The notes: a model not told the origin generated them from the sequence alone. A stretch of 64,000 nucleotides of DNA from an uncultured Ruminococcus sp. (GCA_964430105.1 CAYSEF010000001.1:16170-80169), one strand, 5' to 3'; positions 39,595 to 49,538 are shown, numbered from the stretch's first letter. Made by a program: numbers and translations.

Positions 39595-41997
39595 ATGAAA
39601 TACGATTTTGAGAAAATTGAGAAAAAATGGCAAGATAAGTGGGATGATGCCAAAATTTTTGAAGCATCCGAAGATCACACAAAGCCTAAATTCTATGCAC
39701 TTGTAGAATTCCCGTATCCAAGCGGAGCAGGTATGCACGTAGGTCATATTAAGGCATACTCCGGTCTTGAGGTTGTTTCCAGAAAGAGAAGAATGCAGGG
39801 ATATAACGTACTCTTCCCGATAGGATTTGACGCATACGGTCTTCCTACTGAGAATTACGCTATTAAAACAGGCACACACCCCCGTATCGTTACTGATAAC
39901 AATATCGCAAAGTTCACTTCTCAGCTCAAGAGAGTCGGATTTTCTTTCGACTGGTCAAGAGTAGTTGATACTACAGAAGAAAGCTACTATAAATGGACTC
40001 AGTGGATATTCCGTAAAATGTTCGATAACGGACTTGTGTTCCGTGCAACTACACTTGTAAACTATTGTCCGAACTGTAAAGTAGTTCTTTCAAATGAAGA
40101 TTCTCAGGGAGGTAAGTGCGATATCTGCCATAGCGAGATCGTACAAAAGTCAAAGGACGTTTGGTACCTCCGTATTACAGAATATGCCGATAAGCTTCTT
40201 CAGGGTCTTGAAAAGGTAGACTATCTTCCTAATGTCAAGCTCATGCAGGAAAACTGGATAGGTCGTTCGGAAGGTGCTTTTGCTGAATTTGCTCTTACCG
40301 GTTGCGATGATAAGCTGAAAATTTACACAACACGCTGCGACACAATGTTCGGTGTTACCTTCATGGTAATTGCTCCCGAACATCCGATAATCGAAAAATA
40401 TCGTGATAAGATCGCAAATATCGATGCTCTTGATGCATATAAAGAAGAATGTGCCAAGAAGACCGAATTCGAGAGAACACAGCTTGTAAAAGATAAAACA
40501 GGCGTAAAAATAGAAGGAATTTCTGCTATAAATCCTGCAAACGGTAAGGAAATCCCGATCTATATTTCCGACTACGTTATGATGGGCTACGGTACAGGAG
40601 CTATTATGGCAGTTCCGGCTCATGATGAACGTGACTATGATTTTGCAAAGAAATTCGGTATCGATATAATCGAAGTTATTTCCGGTGGTGATATCTCCAA
40701 GGAAGCATACACAGGCGATGGCGAAATGGTCAATTCCGAATTTTTGAACGGCATTAAGACCAAAAAAGAAGCTATAGCAAAGATGCTCGAATACCTTACC
40801 GAAAAGGGTATCGGTGAAAAGGGCGTACAGTATAAAATGAAAGACTGGGCGTTCAACCGTCAGCGTTATTGGGGAGAACCTATTCCGATAGTTCATTGCG
40901 AAAAGTGCGGTATGGTCGGCGTTCCTTATGAAGAGCTTCCGCTTAAGTTGCCTCCGGTTGAAAACTTTGAACCCGGTGAGGGCGGCGAATCTCCTCTTGC
41001 TAAGATAGATTCCTTCGTTAATTGCACTTGCCCGAAGTGTGGTGGTCCCGCTAAACGTGAAACAGATACAATGCCTCAGTGGGCAGGCTCATCTTGGTAC
41101 TTCCTCCGTTACTGTGATCCGCATAATGATAAAGAGTTCGCATCTGAAGAAGCTCTTAAATATTGGATGCCGGTAGACTGGTATAACGGTGGTATGGAAC
41201 ACGTAACACGTCATATGATCTATTCTCGTTTCTGGCATAGATTCCTTTATGACATCGGCGCTGTTCCTGTTGAAGAGCCTTATGCAAAGCGTACCGCACA
41301 GGGCCTTATCCTCGGTCCCGATGGCGATAAAATGTCGAAATCAAAGGGTAATGTTGTAGACCCCAATGACGTAGTTGATGAATACGGTGCAGATGTACTT
41401 CGTGTTTATACTCTCTTTATGGGCGATTACGCATCAGCAGCTCCGTGGAGTGAAAACAGCGTTAAGGGATGCAAGAGATTCCTTGATCGTGTTGCAGGTT
41501 TGACAGATATCGTAAATGGTAAGGGCGTTACAGCAAAGCTTGAAACATCATTCCATAAAACTATCAAAAAAGTTTCTTCCGATATCGAGGAAATGAAGTT
41601 TAATACTGCAATCGCATCAATGATGAGCCTGCTGAACGAAATTTATGAGGTTGGTTCAATCACAAAGGACGAGCTTTGCACATTTATTGCACTTCTGAAT
41701 CCGTTTGCACCTCACCTCACAGAAGAAATGTGGGAACAGCTTGGCGGTAACGGCTTCCTTGCACTTGCAAAGTGGCCTGAATATGATGAAGCAAAGACGG
41801 TTGATAATGAAATCGAGATTGCTGTTCAGGTAAGCGGTAAGCTTCGTGGAACTATTATGATCTCTGTCGATACTACCAAAGATGAGGCTATCGAACTTGC
41901 AAAGAAGGACGAAAAGGTAGCACAGGCACTTGAAGGTAAGCAGATCGTTAAGGAAATTTATATTCCCGGAAAGATCGTAAATATCGTTGCAAAATAA
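39595..41997 (+). CDS. leuS: leucine--tRNA ligase
   Basis: HIGH-type GMHVGH, KMSKS, CP1 editing domain. 800 aa. Confidence 0.95.
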   Translation: MKYDFEKIEKKWQDKWDDAKIFEASEDHTKPKFYALVEFPYPSGAGMHVGHIKAYSGLEVVSRKRRMQGYNVLFPIGFDAYGLPTENYAIKTGTHPRIVTDNNIAKFTSQLKRVGFSFDWSRVVDTTEESYYKWTQWIFRKMFDNGLVFRATTLVNYCPNCKVVLSNEDSQGGKCDICHSEIVQKSKDVWYLRITEYADKLLQGLEKVDYLPNVKLMQENWIGRSEGAFAEFALTGCDDKLKIYTTRCDTMFGVTFMVIAPEHPIIEKYRDKIANIDALDAYKEECAKKTEFERTQLVKDKTGVKIEGISAINPANGKEIPIYISDYVMMGYGTGAIMAVPAHDERDYDFAKKFGIDIIEVISGGDISKEAYTGDGEMVNSEFLNGIKTKKEAIAKMLEYLTEKGIGEKGVQYKMKDWAFNRQRYWGEPIPIVHCEKCGMVGVPYEELPLKLPPVENFEPGEGGESPLAKIDSFVNCTCPKCGGPAKRETDTMPQWAGSSWYFLRYCDPHNDKEFASEEALKYWMPVDWYNGGMEHVTRHMIYSRFWHRFLYDIGAVPVEEPYAKRTAQGLILGPDGDKMSKSKGNVVDPNDVVDEYGADVLRVYTLFMGDYASAAPWSENSVKGCKRFLDRVAGLTDIVNGKGVTAKLETSFHKTIKKVSSDIEEMKFNTAIASMMSLLNEIYEVGSITKDELCTFIALLNPFAPHLTEEMWEQLGGNGFLALAKWPEYDEAKTVDNEIEIAVQVSGKLRGTIMISVDTTKDEAIELAKKDEKVAQALEGKQIVKEIYIPGKIVNIVAK

Positions 41998-42031
41998 TTT
42001 CAAAAAGCAAGCGTAATTCTAAAAAAACATA

Positions 42032-42060
42032 TTGACAAATAAGGTAATTTGCTGTATAAT
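42032..42060 (+). promoter_or_regulatory. sigma-A promoter of rpsU
   Basis: TTGACA (42032-42037), 17-nt spacer, TATAAT (42055-42060). Confidence 0.7.
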
Positions 42061-42120
42061 ATTCGAGAGAGGTTAACGAATAAGTTACCTTTGCTTAAAG
42101 CGAAGGGAGGGAATAGAAAG

Positions 42121-42297
42121 ATGGCAGAAATCAGAGTTAAAGATGGTGAATCGCTCGACAGTGCTCTTCGTCGTTTCAAGAGACAGTGCCAGCGTTCCGG
42201 TATTCAGGCTGAGCTTCGCAAGAGAGAATGCTACGAAAAGCCCAGCGTAAAGAGAAAAAAGAAGTCCGAAGCAGCTAGAAAGCGTAAGTATAAGTAA
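42121..42297 (+). CDS. rpsU: 30S ribosomal protein S21
   Basis: 58 aa, [37 protein letters not shown]. The track ORF begins upstream at a non-ATG codon. Confidence 0.92.
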   Translation: MAEIRVKDGESLDSALRRFKRQCQRSGIQAELRKRECYEKPSVKRKKKSEAARKRKYK

Positions 42298-42338
42298 TTC
42301 GGCTTTTCTCTGGATAAACAGAAACCAACAGAATTTTT

Positions 42339-42375
42339 AAGGAATCAGTCTTAGGATTGGTTCCTTTTCTGTTTT
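42339..42375 (+). terminator. intrinsic terminator after rpsU
   Basis: 12-bp stem 42339-42350 / 42355-42366 (AAGGAATCAGTC / GGATTGGTTCCT with G-U pairs), 4-nt loop, then TTCTGTTTT. Confidence 0.75.
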
Positions 42376-42504
42376 ATAATGATAAAGTAATGCTTTGGTG
42401 CGTTTCATACAAAATTAACACTGCGTACAATAAAACCACAAGCCATATAATGCCTTTTATGATATAATGTAACGTAGTTAGTAAATTTGGAGTGACAGAA
42501 AAGT

Positions 42505-43386
42505 ATGAAGAAACTATTGCTTATTATAAATCCTATAACAGCAAAAACAACGCTCAGTCCATATCTTATCGATGTTATTGATATATTTGAAAAGGGCGGA
42601 TATGATGTTACTGTCCATATAACAAAACAGAAGGGTGATACAAAGGTTATCACTGAAACAATAGGTTCAAAATTTGATATTGTCGTCTGCTCAGGTGGAG
42701 ACGGTACTTTGAATGAAACTGTGTCCGGCATTTTAGAACTGAAAGAGCGTCCGAGAGTCGGATATATCCCGGCTGGAACTACAAATGATTTTGCTACAAG
42801 CTGGGGAATACCGAAAAAGCCTATCGAAGCTGCAAAAAGCATAGTATTGACAGAACCTGTTCCGACTGATGTAAGCGTATTCTGCGGAAGACCGTTTGTG
42901 TATGTGGCGGCATTTGGTGCGTTTACGGAAGTTTCGTATCAAACCCCTCAGCAACTCAAAAATAGCCTTGGACGAACCGCATATATTTTTGAAGGAATAA
43001 AAAGTCTTGCAACTATCAGACCGTGGAAGTTGAAAATCGAACACGATAATGGCACTGTAGAGGGCGAATTTCTTTATGGTATGGTGTCAAATACCCGTCG
43101 TGTGGGTGGATTTGAGCTGAAAATGAAGGATGATATCAGCATATCAGATGGTCTGATGGAAGTAGTTCTCGTTAAAAAGCCTGCGCATCCCTCAGAAGGT
43201 GCAAAAATGCTTGGTGCGGTACTTGCACAGGATACGCAAAGTGAGTATATAACATTTGCCCATACTAAAAACATACGATTTGTGTCTGACGAAGACCTTC
43301 CGTGGACAGTTGACGGTGAAAACGGTGGAATAGTCAAAAGTGGTGATGTTACAATACTTGAACACGCAATAGAACTCTATTTTTAA
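42505..43386 (+). CDS. diacylglycerol/lipid kinase (YegS/DagK family)
   Basis: LLIINP...VVCSGGDGTLNE...IPAGTTNDFA. 293 aa. Confidence 0.88.
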   Translation: MKKLLLIINPITAKTTLSPYLIDVIDIFEKGGYDVTVHITKQKGDTKVITETIGSKFDIVVCSGGDGTLNETVSGILELKERPRVGYIPAGTTNDFATSWGIPKKPIEAAKSIVLTEPVPTDVSVFCGRPFVYVAAFGAFTEVSYQTPQQLKNSLGRTAYIFEGIKSLATIRPWKLKIEHDNGTVEGEFLYGMVSNTRRVGGFELKMKDDISISDGLMEVVLVKKPAHPSEGAKMLGAVLAQDTQSEYITFAHTKNIRFVSDEDLPWTVDGENGGIVKSGDVTILEHAIELYF

Positions 43387-43477
43387 GCCCATTCCAAATG
43401 TATCCGCTTATCATAAAAATCCTTATAAAACTATAAAAATTAACAAAATAGTAAACACATTGCTTGCAAAATGTGCT

Positions 43478-43524
43478 ATAAGTATTAGTGACTCGATCAC
43501 TTACTCGGTTATAAGAATAAGTGA
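43478..43524. repeat. two copies of a 15-nt direct repeat in the GH38 upstream region
   Basis: TATAAGTATTAGTGA (43477-43491) and TATAAGAATAAGTGA (43510-43524), 13/15 identical, interleaved with the palindromes AGTGA-n5-TCACT (43487-43501) and ATAAGT-n7-ACTTAT (43517-43535). Confidence 0.6.
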
Positions 43525-43562
43525 TAACTACTTATTGAGCATAGCTTTAAAGGAGAAAAATC

Positions 43563-46500
43563 ATGGAAAAGCAAAAAAAACTGTACGTTGTTGCGAATGC
43601 TCACCTTGATACCCAGTGGAACTGGACTATTCAGGACACAATTCGTGATTGCGTAAAGAATACTTTGGAATACAACTTTGAACTCATGGATAAGTATCCG
43701 AACTATCGCATGAATTTTGAAGGTGCATTCCGTTATAAGCTTGCAAAAGAGTATTATCCCGACCTCTATGAAAAGCTGAAGGGCTATATCGCTGAAGGCA
43801 GATGGAATGTGGCAGGTTCTACATGGGATGCAATGGATGCAAATGTACCGTCATCCGAAGCACTTATGCGTCAGATTCTCTACGGAAATGGCTATTTTGA
43901 AAAAGAATTCGGCAAGAAGAGTAGCGATATCTTCCTGACTGACTGTTTTGGTTTCCGTTATGCACTTCCGTCTATCGAAGCGCATATGGGCTTGAACGGC
44001 TTCTCTACACAGAAACTCGTATGGGGTGTAGGTGGTCCTATGTACGAAAAGGATGGTTCTGTTTCAAAGCCGCAGCTTGAGAAGCATGATGATCCCGAAC
44101 GTCACGAACGTATGGACCTCGGTAAATGGGTAGGCCCGGATGGAAACTATATTATAGCATCCTTCCTTGAAGGTAACTACACATATAACTTTGATAACGA
44201 TAACGATCAGCGTCCGATCAATACAAGAGAAGAATATCTCCGTGAAATCGAACATAACGAAAAGCATACAGGCGCAGCGGTTCGTTCAATGTACTTTGGT
44301 ACAGGTGACTACGGCGGATCTTGTAAGGAATCCTCTGCTAAGATGGTAAATGAAGCTGTAGAAGATAACGGAAACGGACTGTTTGAAGTAGTTTCTTCAT
44401 CCACAGATCAGATCTTCAACGAACTTACTCAAGAGCAGATTGACGCACTTCCTGCATATGATGGAGAACTCCTTATTCCTCATGGTTCAGGTGCGCTGAC
44501 TTCTCATACCATCAATAAGAGATGGAACAGAAAGAACGAACTTCTCGGTGACTCTGCTGAACGTGCCGCAATTATTTCTGCATGGCTTGGAGCAGGCGAA
44601 TATCCGACAGAAAGACTTCTCACCGCATGGCAGACATTCCTGTGGCATCAGTTCCACGATGACCTTCCGGGTACTTCCATCGCAGCAGCGTATGTGTTCA
44701 CATATAATGACTATGTTATCGCTCTTAATATGTTTGCTTCTGAGCTTGCAAATGCTGTTGGTGGCGTAACAAGAACCCTCGATACAAATGTAAAGGGTAC
44801 ACCTGTTGTAGTTTATAACCCGGTTTCTGTTGAAAGAAATGATGTTGTTGTAGCTGAACTTGATATTAAGGCTCCTTTCGTTCGTGTATTCGACGGTATG
44901 GGTAATGAAGTTCCTGCACAGATTTCTAAAGCTAACGGTAAGACTGTAGTAAAGTTTATCGCAAAGGTAGCACCGGTAAGCTGCACAGTATTTGATGTTC
45001 AGGAAAGCGAAACAGCTAGCCCGATCACTTCAAATATCAGCGTAAATGGCAATGTTCTTGAAAATCAGCGTTATGTTGTAACCATCGACGAAAACGGCGA
45101 TATTGCAAGCATTGTTGATAAGGCTAATGATAATTTTGAACTTCTGAAAACTCCCGCACACCTTGAAATAGGCCCTGACTCCAGCGTAAACTGGCCATCA
45201 TGGGAGCTTGTTTTGAAGGATTCCATGGCAGAACCTAAGCTTGTTGGCGGTAATGCTGAAATCGAAGTAGTTGATAACGGTCCGGCAGTAGTTTCCATAA
45301 AGGTAAAGCGTACATTTGAAGGCTCTACATTTGAACAGATCATCTCTCTTTGGGATGGCGGTCAGAGAGTAGATGTTGCGAATACTGTTAACTGGTATCA
45401 GCGCGAATCTAACCTCCGTGCTGCATTTGAATTGAATGTATCCAACCCGAACGCTACATTCGATCTCGGCCTTGGCGCAATCGAAAGCGGTAATACCGAC
45501 AATTATCCTTATTATCAGCACGTTGCTCATCAGTGGGCAGACCTCACAGCTGAAGACGGAAGCTATGGCGTATCTATTATGAACGATTGTAAGTACGGTA
45601 TGGATAAGCCCAATGATAATACACTTCGTCTTACACTCATTCATACTCCGCCTGTACCGTATCTCCCTCAGTCTGGTCAGGACTGGCAGGATATGGGTCT
45701 GAATATCTTCACTTACTCTATCGCAGGCCATAAGGGATTCCGTAATGGTACAGCAAAGGAAGCTGCAGAGCTTAACCAGCCTATGATGCCGTTCACAGCA
45801 CCTAAGCATGATGGACAGGGAAGAGCTATTTCCTTCGTTTCCGTTGATAATGAAGATGTTATCATCCGTTGCGTAAAGAAGGAAGAAAAGGGCGATAGAA
45901 TCATCGTTCGTGTTCAGGAAACCACAGGTAAGGGAGCTAACTGCAAGCTGACATTTGCCGGAAATCTCACTTCTGTAACAGAAACAAACGGATACGAAGA
46001 TGAGATCGGTGCAGTTGCATTCAATGGCAATTCCTTCAATGTTGAACTCGGAAAGTATGCAGTTAAGACATTTGCAATTACTCTTGCTCCTGTTGCACAG
46101 GCTGATAAGGTAGCATCAGAAGCTGTTGTACTTCCTTATGATAAGCGTGTTACAACCGCAAACTCCGATAGAACTGCAGGCGAATTCGCAAACGGTATTT
46201 CTATCCCGACAGAACTTTATAGCGAAGATGTTACCGCAGGCGGAATCAGCTTTAAGCTTGCTCCTGCTGACGAAAAGAACGCTGTTGTATCTGCAGGTCA
46301 GACTATTACTCTGCCTGAAGGCTATGATAAGCTCTATATTCTTGCAGCAAGCGCAAATGGCGACAAAAAAGCTGAATTTAAGGTTGACGATAAGGCAGTT
46401 GAAATTGGCGTTCAGGACTACAAGGAAAATGTAGGCTCTTGGGATATGCTTGCAAATGGCTCGACTTGCATTATCAAGCGTGACGAAATTGCTGTAAACT

Positions 46501-47345
46501 ATACTCATACCCACGAAGCAGAAGGCGATAGACTCTATCTCTTTGCATATCTTTACAAGTATTCTATCGATATCAAGGGTGCTAAGACTGTAACACTTCC
46601 TAACGATAGCGATATCATTGTAATGGCTGCTACTGCTGTAGTAAGCGGAAATGATGCAGTAACCGAGCTTGCACCGCTGTATGATAAGGTTGATAGCTAT
46701 AATAAGCCAAAGCATACAGTAACCTTTAAGACACTCTCCGGTAACGTTCAGAAGACAATGGAAATACAGGAAGGCGTATGCTTCACCTGCAATGCTAACC
46801 ATTATGAAGATGGTTATGTGTTCTCTGAATGGGATTGCGAAGATATTATTCTCATTCATGGCTCTACCGCACTTATCAGAATGCCCGACCATGATATTGA
46901 AATCGGATTAAAGGCAACAAAGCTTGGCGAAGATGTTCTCACAAATAAGCCCTGCAAGGCTAATGGTTCCTTCAATGATCAGGAAACTCCCGATAAGGCG
47001 ATAAATGGCGGCGCAGAAGGTAAATGGTGTGATGAAACCGAAGACGACAAGCATTGGCTCGAAGTTGATACAGGTGAAGTTAGCACTGTAAACCAGTGGT
47101 TCACTATGCACGCAGGTACTTTTGAATCTCCGGCAATGAATACAAGCGATTTCAAGCTTCTCGCTAAGAAGAACGAAGAAGATGAATGGACTGTTGTTGA
47201 TACAGTTGTTGGTAATAAGGATGATATCGTACTTCGTGAGTTCGCTCCTGTTGAAGCACGTTACTTCCGTCTTGAAGTTGAAAAGGCTACACAGTACGGT
47301 GATCGTACAGTAAGACTGTATATGCTTCAGGTTCTCAAGGCGTAA
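43563..47345 (+). CDS. GH38 alpha-mannosidase with C-terminal Listeria/Bacteroides-repeat-like and F5/8 type C (discoidin/CBM32-like) modules
   Basis: SD AAGGAG. The catalytic N-terminus VVANAHLDTQWNW begins at aa 9 with no signal peptide. FHDDLPGTS mid-domain. C-terminal TVTFKT...DGYVFSEW, then KAINGG..KW....HWLEVD...RYFRLEV. Confidence 0.88.
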   Translation: MEKQKKLYVVANAHLDTQWNWTIQDTIRDCVKNTLEYNFELMDKYPNYRMNFEGAFRYKLAKEYYPDLYEKLKGYIAEGRWNVAGSTWDAMDANVPSSEALMRQILYGNGYFEKEFGKKSSDIFLTDCFGFRYALPSIEAHMGLNGFSTQKLVWGVGGPMYEKDGSVSKPQLEKHDDPERHERMDLGKWVGPDGNYIIASFLEGNYTYNFDNDNDQRPINTREEYLREIEHNEKHTGAAVRSMYFGTGDYGGSCKESSAKMVNEAVEDNGNGLFEVVSSSTDQIFNELTQEQIDALPAYDGELLIPHGSGALTSHTINKRWNRKNELLGDSAERAAIISAWLGAGEYPTERLLTAWQTFLWHQFHDDLPGTSIAAAYVFTYNDYVIALNMFASELANAVGGVTRTLDTNVKGTPVVVYNPVSVERNDVVVAELDIKAPFVRVFDGMGNEVPAQISKANGKTVVKFIAKVAPVSCTVFDVQESETASPITSNISVNGNVLENQRYVVTIDENGDIASIVDKANDNFELLKTPAHLEIGPDSSVNWPSWELVLKDSMAEPKLVGGNAEIEVVDNGPAVVSIKVKRTFEGSTFEQIISLWDGGQRVDVANTVNWYQRESNLRAAFELNVSNPNATFDLGLGAIESGNTDNYPYYQHVAHQWADLTAEDGSYGVSIMNDCKYGMDKPNDNTLRLTLIHTPPVPYLPQSGQDWQDMGLNIFTYSIAGHKGFRNGTAKEAAELNQPMMPFTAPKHDGQGRAISFVSVDNEDVIIRCVKKEEKGDRIIVRVQETTGKGANCKLTFAGNLTSVTETNGYEDEIGAVAFNGNSFNVELGKYAVKTFAITLAPVAQADKVASEAVVLPYDKRVTTANSDRTAGEFANGISIPTELYSEDVTAGGISFKLAPADEKNAVVSAGQTITLPEGYDKLYILAASANGDKKAEFKVDDKAVEIGVQDYKENVGSWDMLANGSTCIIKRDEIAVNYTHTHEAEGDRLYLFAYLYKYSIDIKGAKTVTLPNDSDIIVMAATAVVSGNDAVTELAPLYDKVDSYNKPKHTVTFKTLSGNVQKTMEIQEGVCFTCNANHYEDGYVFSEWDCEDIILIHGSTALIRMPDHDIEIGLKATKLGEDVLTNKPCKANGSFNDQETPDKAINGGAEGKWCDETEDDKHWLEVDTGEVSTVNQWFTMHAGTFESPAMNTSDFKLLAKKNEEDEWTVVDTVVGNKDDIVLREFAPVEARYFRLEVEKATQYGDRTVRLYMLQVLKA

Positions 47346-47360
47346 ATCAATAAATCAAAT

Positions 47361-47410
47361 AAAAAAAGCCGTTTCCCAAACTCATTAGGGAACGGCTTTT
47401 TTGTTTTTTA
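47361..47410. terminator. bidirectional intrinsic terminator
   Basis: GCCGTTTCCC (47368-47377) / GGGAACGGC (47388-47396), flanked by an A-run upstream and a T-run downstream. It sits between convergent stops at 47345 (+) and 47415 (-). Confidence 0.85.
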
Positions 47411-47414
47411 ATTA

Positions 47415-48035
47415 TCAGGTGTTCTTCATAATAACAGAACGTATGCAGTCACCGACGTGTTCACAATCATCAGCACATGACTCAAGACTTTCGTATATCT
47501 TGCGCCATGAAATAGTCGAAAGAACATCGTGAGAATTTGCTGTAAGTGCTCTCATAGATGACATATACAGCTTGTCGCATTCTTCTTCTATGTCGTTGAG
47601 TTTAATAATAATGGAATTGATCTTTTTTGATCTCTTGAAGTTCTCAAATTCAGCCATGATCTCACAGAGAAGCTCACATGATTTAACTATCTTTTTTGCA
47701 AATTCTACAGCAGGTGCATCGATTTCTTTAATATCGTAAATATAGAACTTTTGAAGAATTTCTTCAATACCGTCGATTACATCGTCAAGTGTTTGACTGA
47801 GCATATCCAAGTCTTCACGATCGACAGGTGTTACAAATGCTTTTGCAAGAGCTTCGATCATTTCATGCTTCACCTTGTCAGCACTGTGTTCTATTTCGTG
47901 CATTTTTTCAAGCATTTGTTCAATTTTGTTGGAATCAAAGTTTTCAAGACACTCTACAAGATAGACTGCACCGGCTTTAGATAGTGCTGTGCTCTTCATA
48001 AAGTTTTCAAAATAAAATTTATCGCTTTTAGCCAT
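47415..48035 (-). CDS. DUF47/PhoU-like protein (PiT-associated phosphate transport regulator family)
   Basis: 206-aa all-helical protein with an EHxADxxxHE-like motif (EIEHSADKVKHEM). Immediately downstream of the PiT gene on the same strand. Confidence 0.8.
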   Translation of the reverse strand: MAKSDKFYFENFMKSTALSKAGAVYLVECLENFDSNKIEQMLEKMHEIEHSADKVKHEMIEALAKAFVTPVDREDLDMLSQTLDDVIDGIEEILQKFYIYDIKEIDAPAVEFAKKIVKSCELLCEIMAEFENFKRSKKINSIIIKLNDIEEECDKLYMSSMRALTANSHDVLSTISWRKIYESLESCADDCEHVGDCIRSVIMKNT

Positions 48036-48053
48036 TCTAATGAATCCTTTCGA

Positions 48054-49106
48054 TCAGGTAAAAATAAACATAAAAAGTTTAGTCATAAGAAAACCTACAA
48101 GTCCGCAGCCCGGGAAAGTCAGTACCCATGTAAGAACCATTTCCTTGACTACACCGAAATTGATAGCCGATACTCTCTTTACCGCACCAACACCCATAAT
48201 TGATGTTGTTTTTGCATGAGTGGTTGATACAGGAAGACTGAATACAGAACAGAAAAGAAGAGATAGAGCAGCGGCAATATCTGCTGAGAATCCCTGATAT
48301 TTTTCGAGCTTCACCATATCCATGCCAACTGATTTGATAATCTTTTTACCACCCATAGCTGTACCTGCTGCCATGACTACAGAGCATATTACCATAAGCC
48401 ATATCGGAATATTGATATCGGACGGGAGAGCTTGTCCCTGCGACATATATACGCACAGCAAAATAACTCCCATAAATTTCTGACCATCCTGAGCGCCGTG
48501 CATAAATGCCATAGAAGCAGCACCGACTATTTGTGCACCTCTGAAAAAAGGCTCTGTTTTAGGTCGATCAGCGTTGTAGAACAGCTTAGTTACGAGCTTG
48601 CAAACTATCCAGCCTAAACCAAAACCCAGTACAACCGAAATTCCAATACCGTAAATAACCTTTACCCATTCTGAACCATTAACACCTTCAAGGCTGTTGT
48701 GAAGTGCAATGGCACTGCCTGTAAGACCTGCTATAAGTGCATGGCTTTCACTTGTAGGTATACCAAATACCCAGGCAAGAGTAGCCCAAATAACTATCGC
48801 AAATAACGCTGCACTAAGTGAAATAATAGCTTCATCCGGATTGGAACCGAAGTCAACCATTTTCGTTATAGTTTCCGCAACGGTTGCATTTATTAGAGTC
48901 ATTACAAAAACACCGAGAAAATTGAATACAGCCGCCATAAGTATCGCAGCTCTTGGAGGCATACAGCGAGTTACAACGCAGGTTGCGATCGCGTTTGGAG
49001 CATCAGTCCAACCATTTACAAGTATAACTCCAAGCGTCAGAGTTACAGCTATAAACAAAAGCGGATTTGATGTCATCTGATTCCAAAAGTCTAAAATTGA
49101 TTCCAT
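48054..49106 (-). CDS. inorganic phosphate transporter, PiT family
   Basis: Polytopic. Duplicated PiT signature NGWTDAPNAIAT and HGAQDGQKFMG. Confidence 0.88.
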   Translation of the reverse strand: MESILDFWNQMTSNPLLFIAVTLTLGVILVNGWTDAPNAIATCVVTRCMPPRAAILMAAVFNFLGVFVMTLINATVAETITKMVDFGSNPDEAIISLSAALFAIVIWATLAWVFGIPTSESHALIAGLTGSAIALHNSLEGVNGSEWVKVIYGIGISVVLGFGLGWIVCKLVTKLFYNADRPKTEPFFRGAQIVGAASMAFMHGAQDGQKFMGVILLCVYMSQGQALPSDINIPIWLMVICSVVMAAGTAMGGKKIIKSVGMDMVKLEKYQGFSADIAAALSLLFCSVFSLPVSTTHAKTTSIMGVGAVKRVSAINFGVVKEMVLTWVLTFPGCGLVGFLMTKLFMFIFT

Positions 49107-49144
49107 AAATTACCTATCCTTAATCCAATGTCAGCTATGATTAT

Positions 49145-49173
49145 AGTATATCATATGCAAAAATTTGTGTCAA
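49145..49173 (-). promoter_or_regulatory. sigma-A promoter of the pit operon
   Basis: On the minus strand: TTGACA (49173-49168), 17-nt spacer, TATACT (49150-49145). Confidence 0.65.
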
Positions 49174-49395
49174 CTAAAATAAATAAAAATTTATAAGATT
49201 CAAAAATCGCCGTAAAGAATATGTAATGCGAACCGATGAAATATTATCGTGATTTTTGAAGATATCTATTATATAATTGCCTGAGTGCTAAAAAATATTC
49301 AAATTTACTGCCTTTTAAGTAGCTTGCTACTGTTATTTTGATGAAAAATCGCAGTTAAAATAATAAAAAGTTCACAATTAATTAGCACTCGTGTA

Positions 49396-49424
49396 TTGAT
49401 AGTGCCAATGAACTGTGGTATAAT
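49396..49424 (+). promoter_or_regulatory. sigma-A promoter of marR-ftsH-ABC cluster
   Basis: TTGATA (49396-49401), 17-nt spacer, TGgTATAAT (TATAAT at 49419-49424). Confidence 0.65.
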
Positions 49425-49489
49425 ATCTACATGAAAAATAGCAATGGAGAATAGCTTGTGCTGCTCTCCGTTTAATTTTAAATAAATTG

Positions 49490-49502
49490 CTAACTCGGTT
49501 AG
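49490..49502 (+). promoter_or_regulatory. palindrome, candidate MarR operator
   Basis: CTAAC-tcg-GTTAG in the 5' leader, 37 nt upstream of the marR start. Confidence 0.35.
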
Positions 49503-49538
49503 GGAATTGGCGATAGTAATAAAGTGAAAGGAGAAGCA

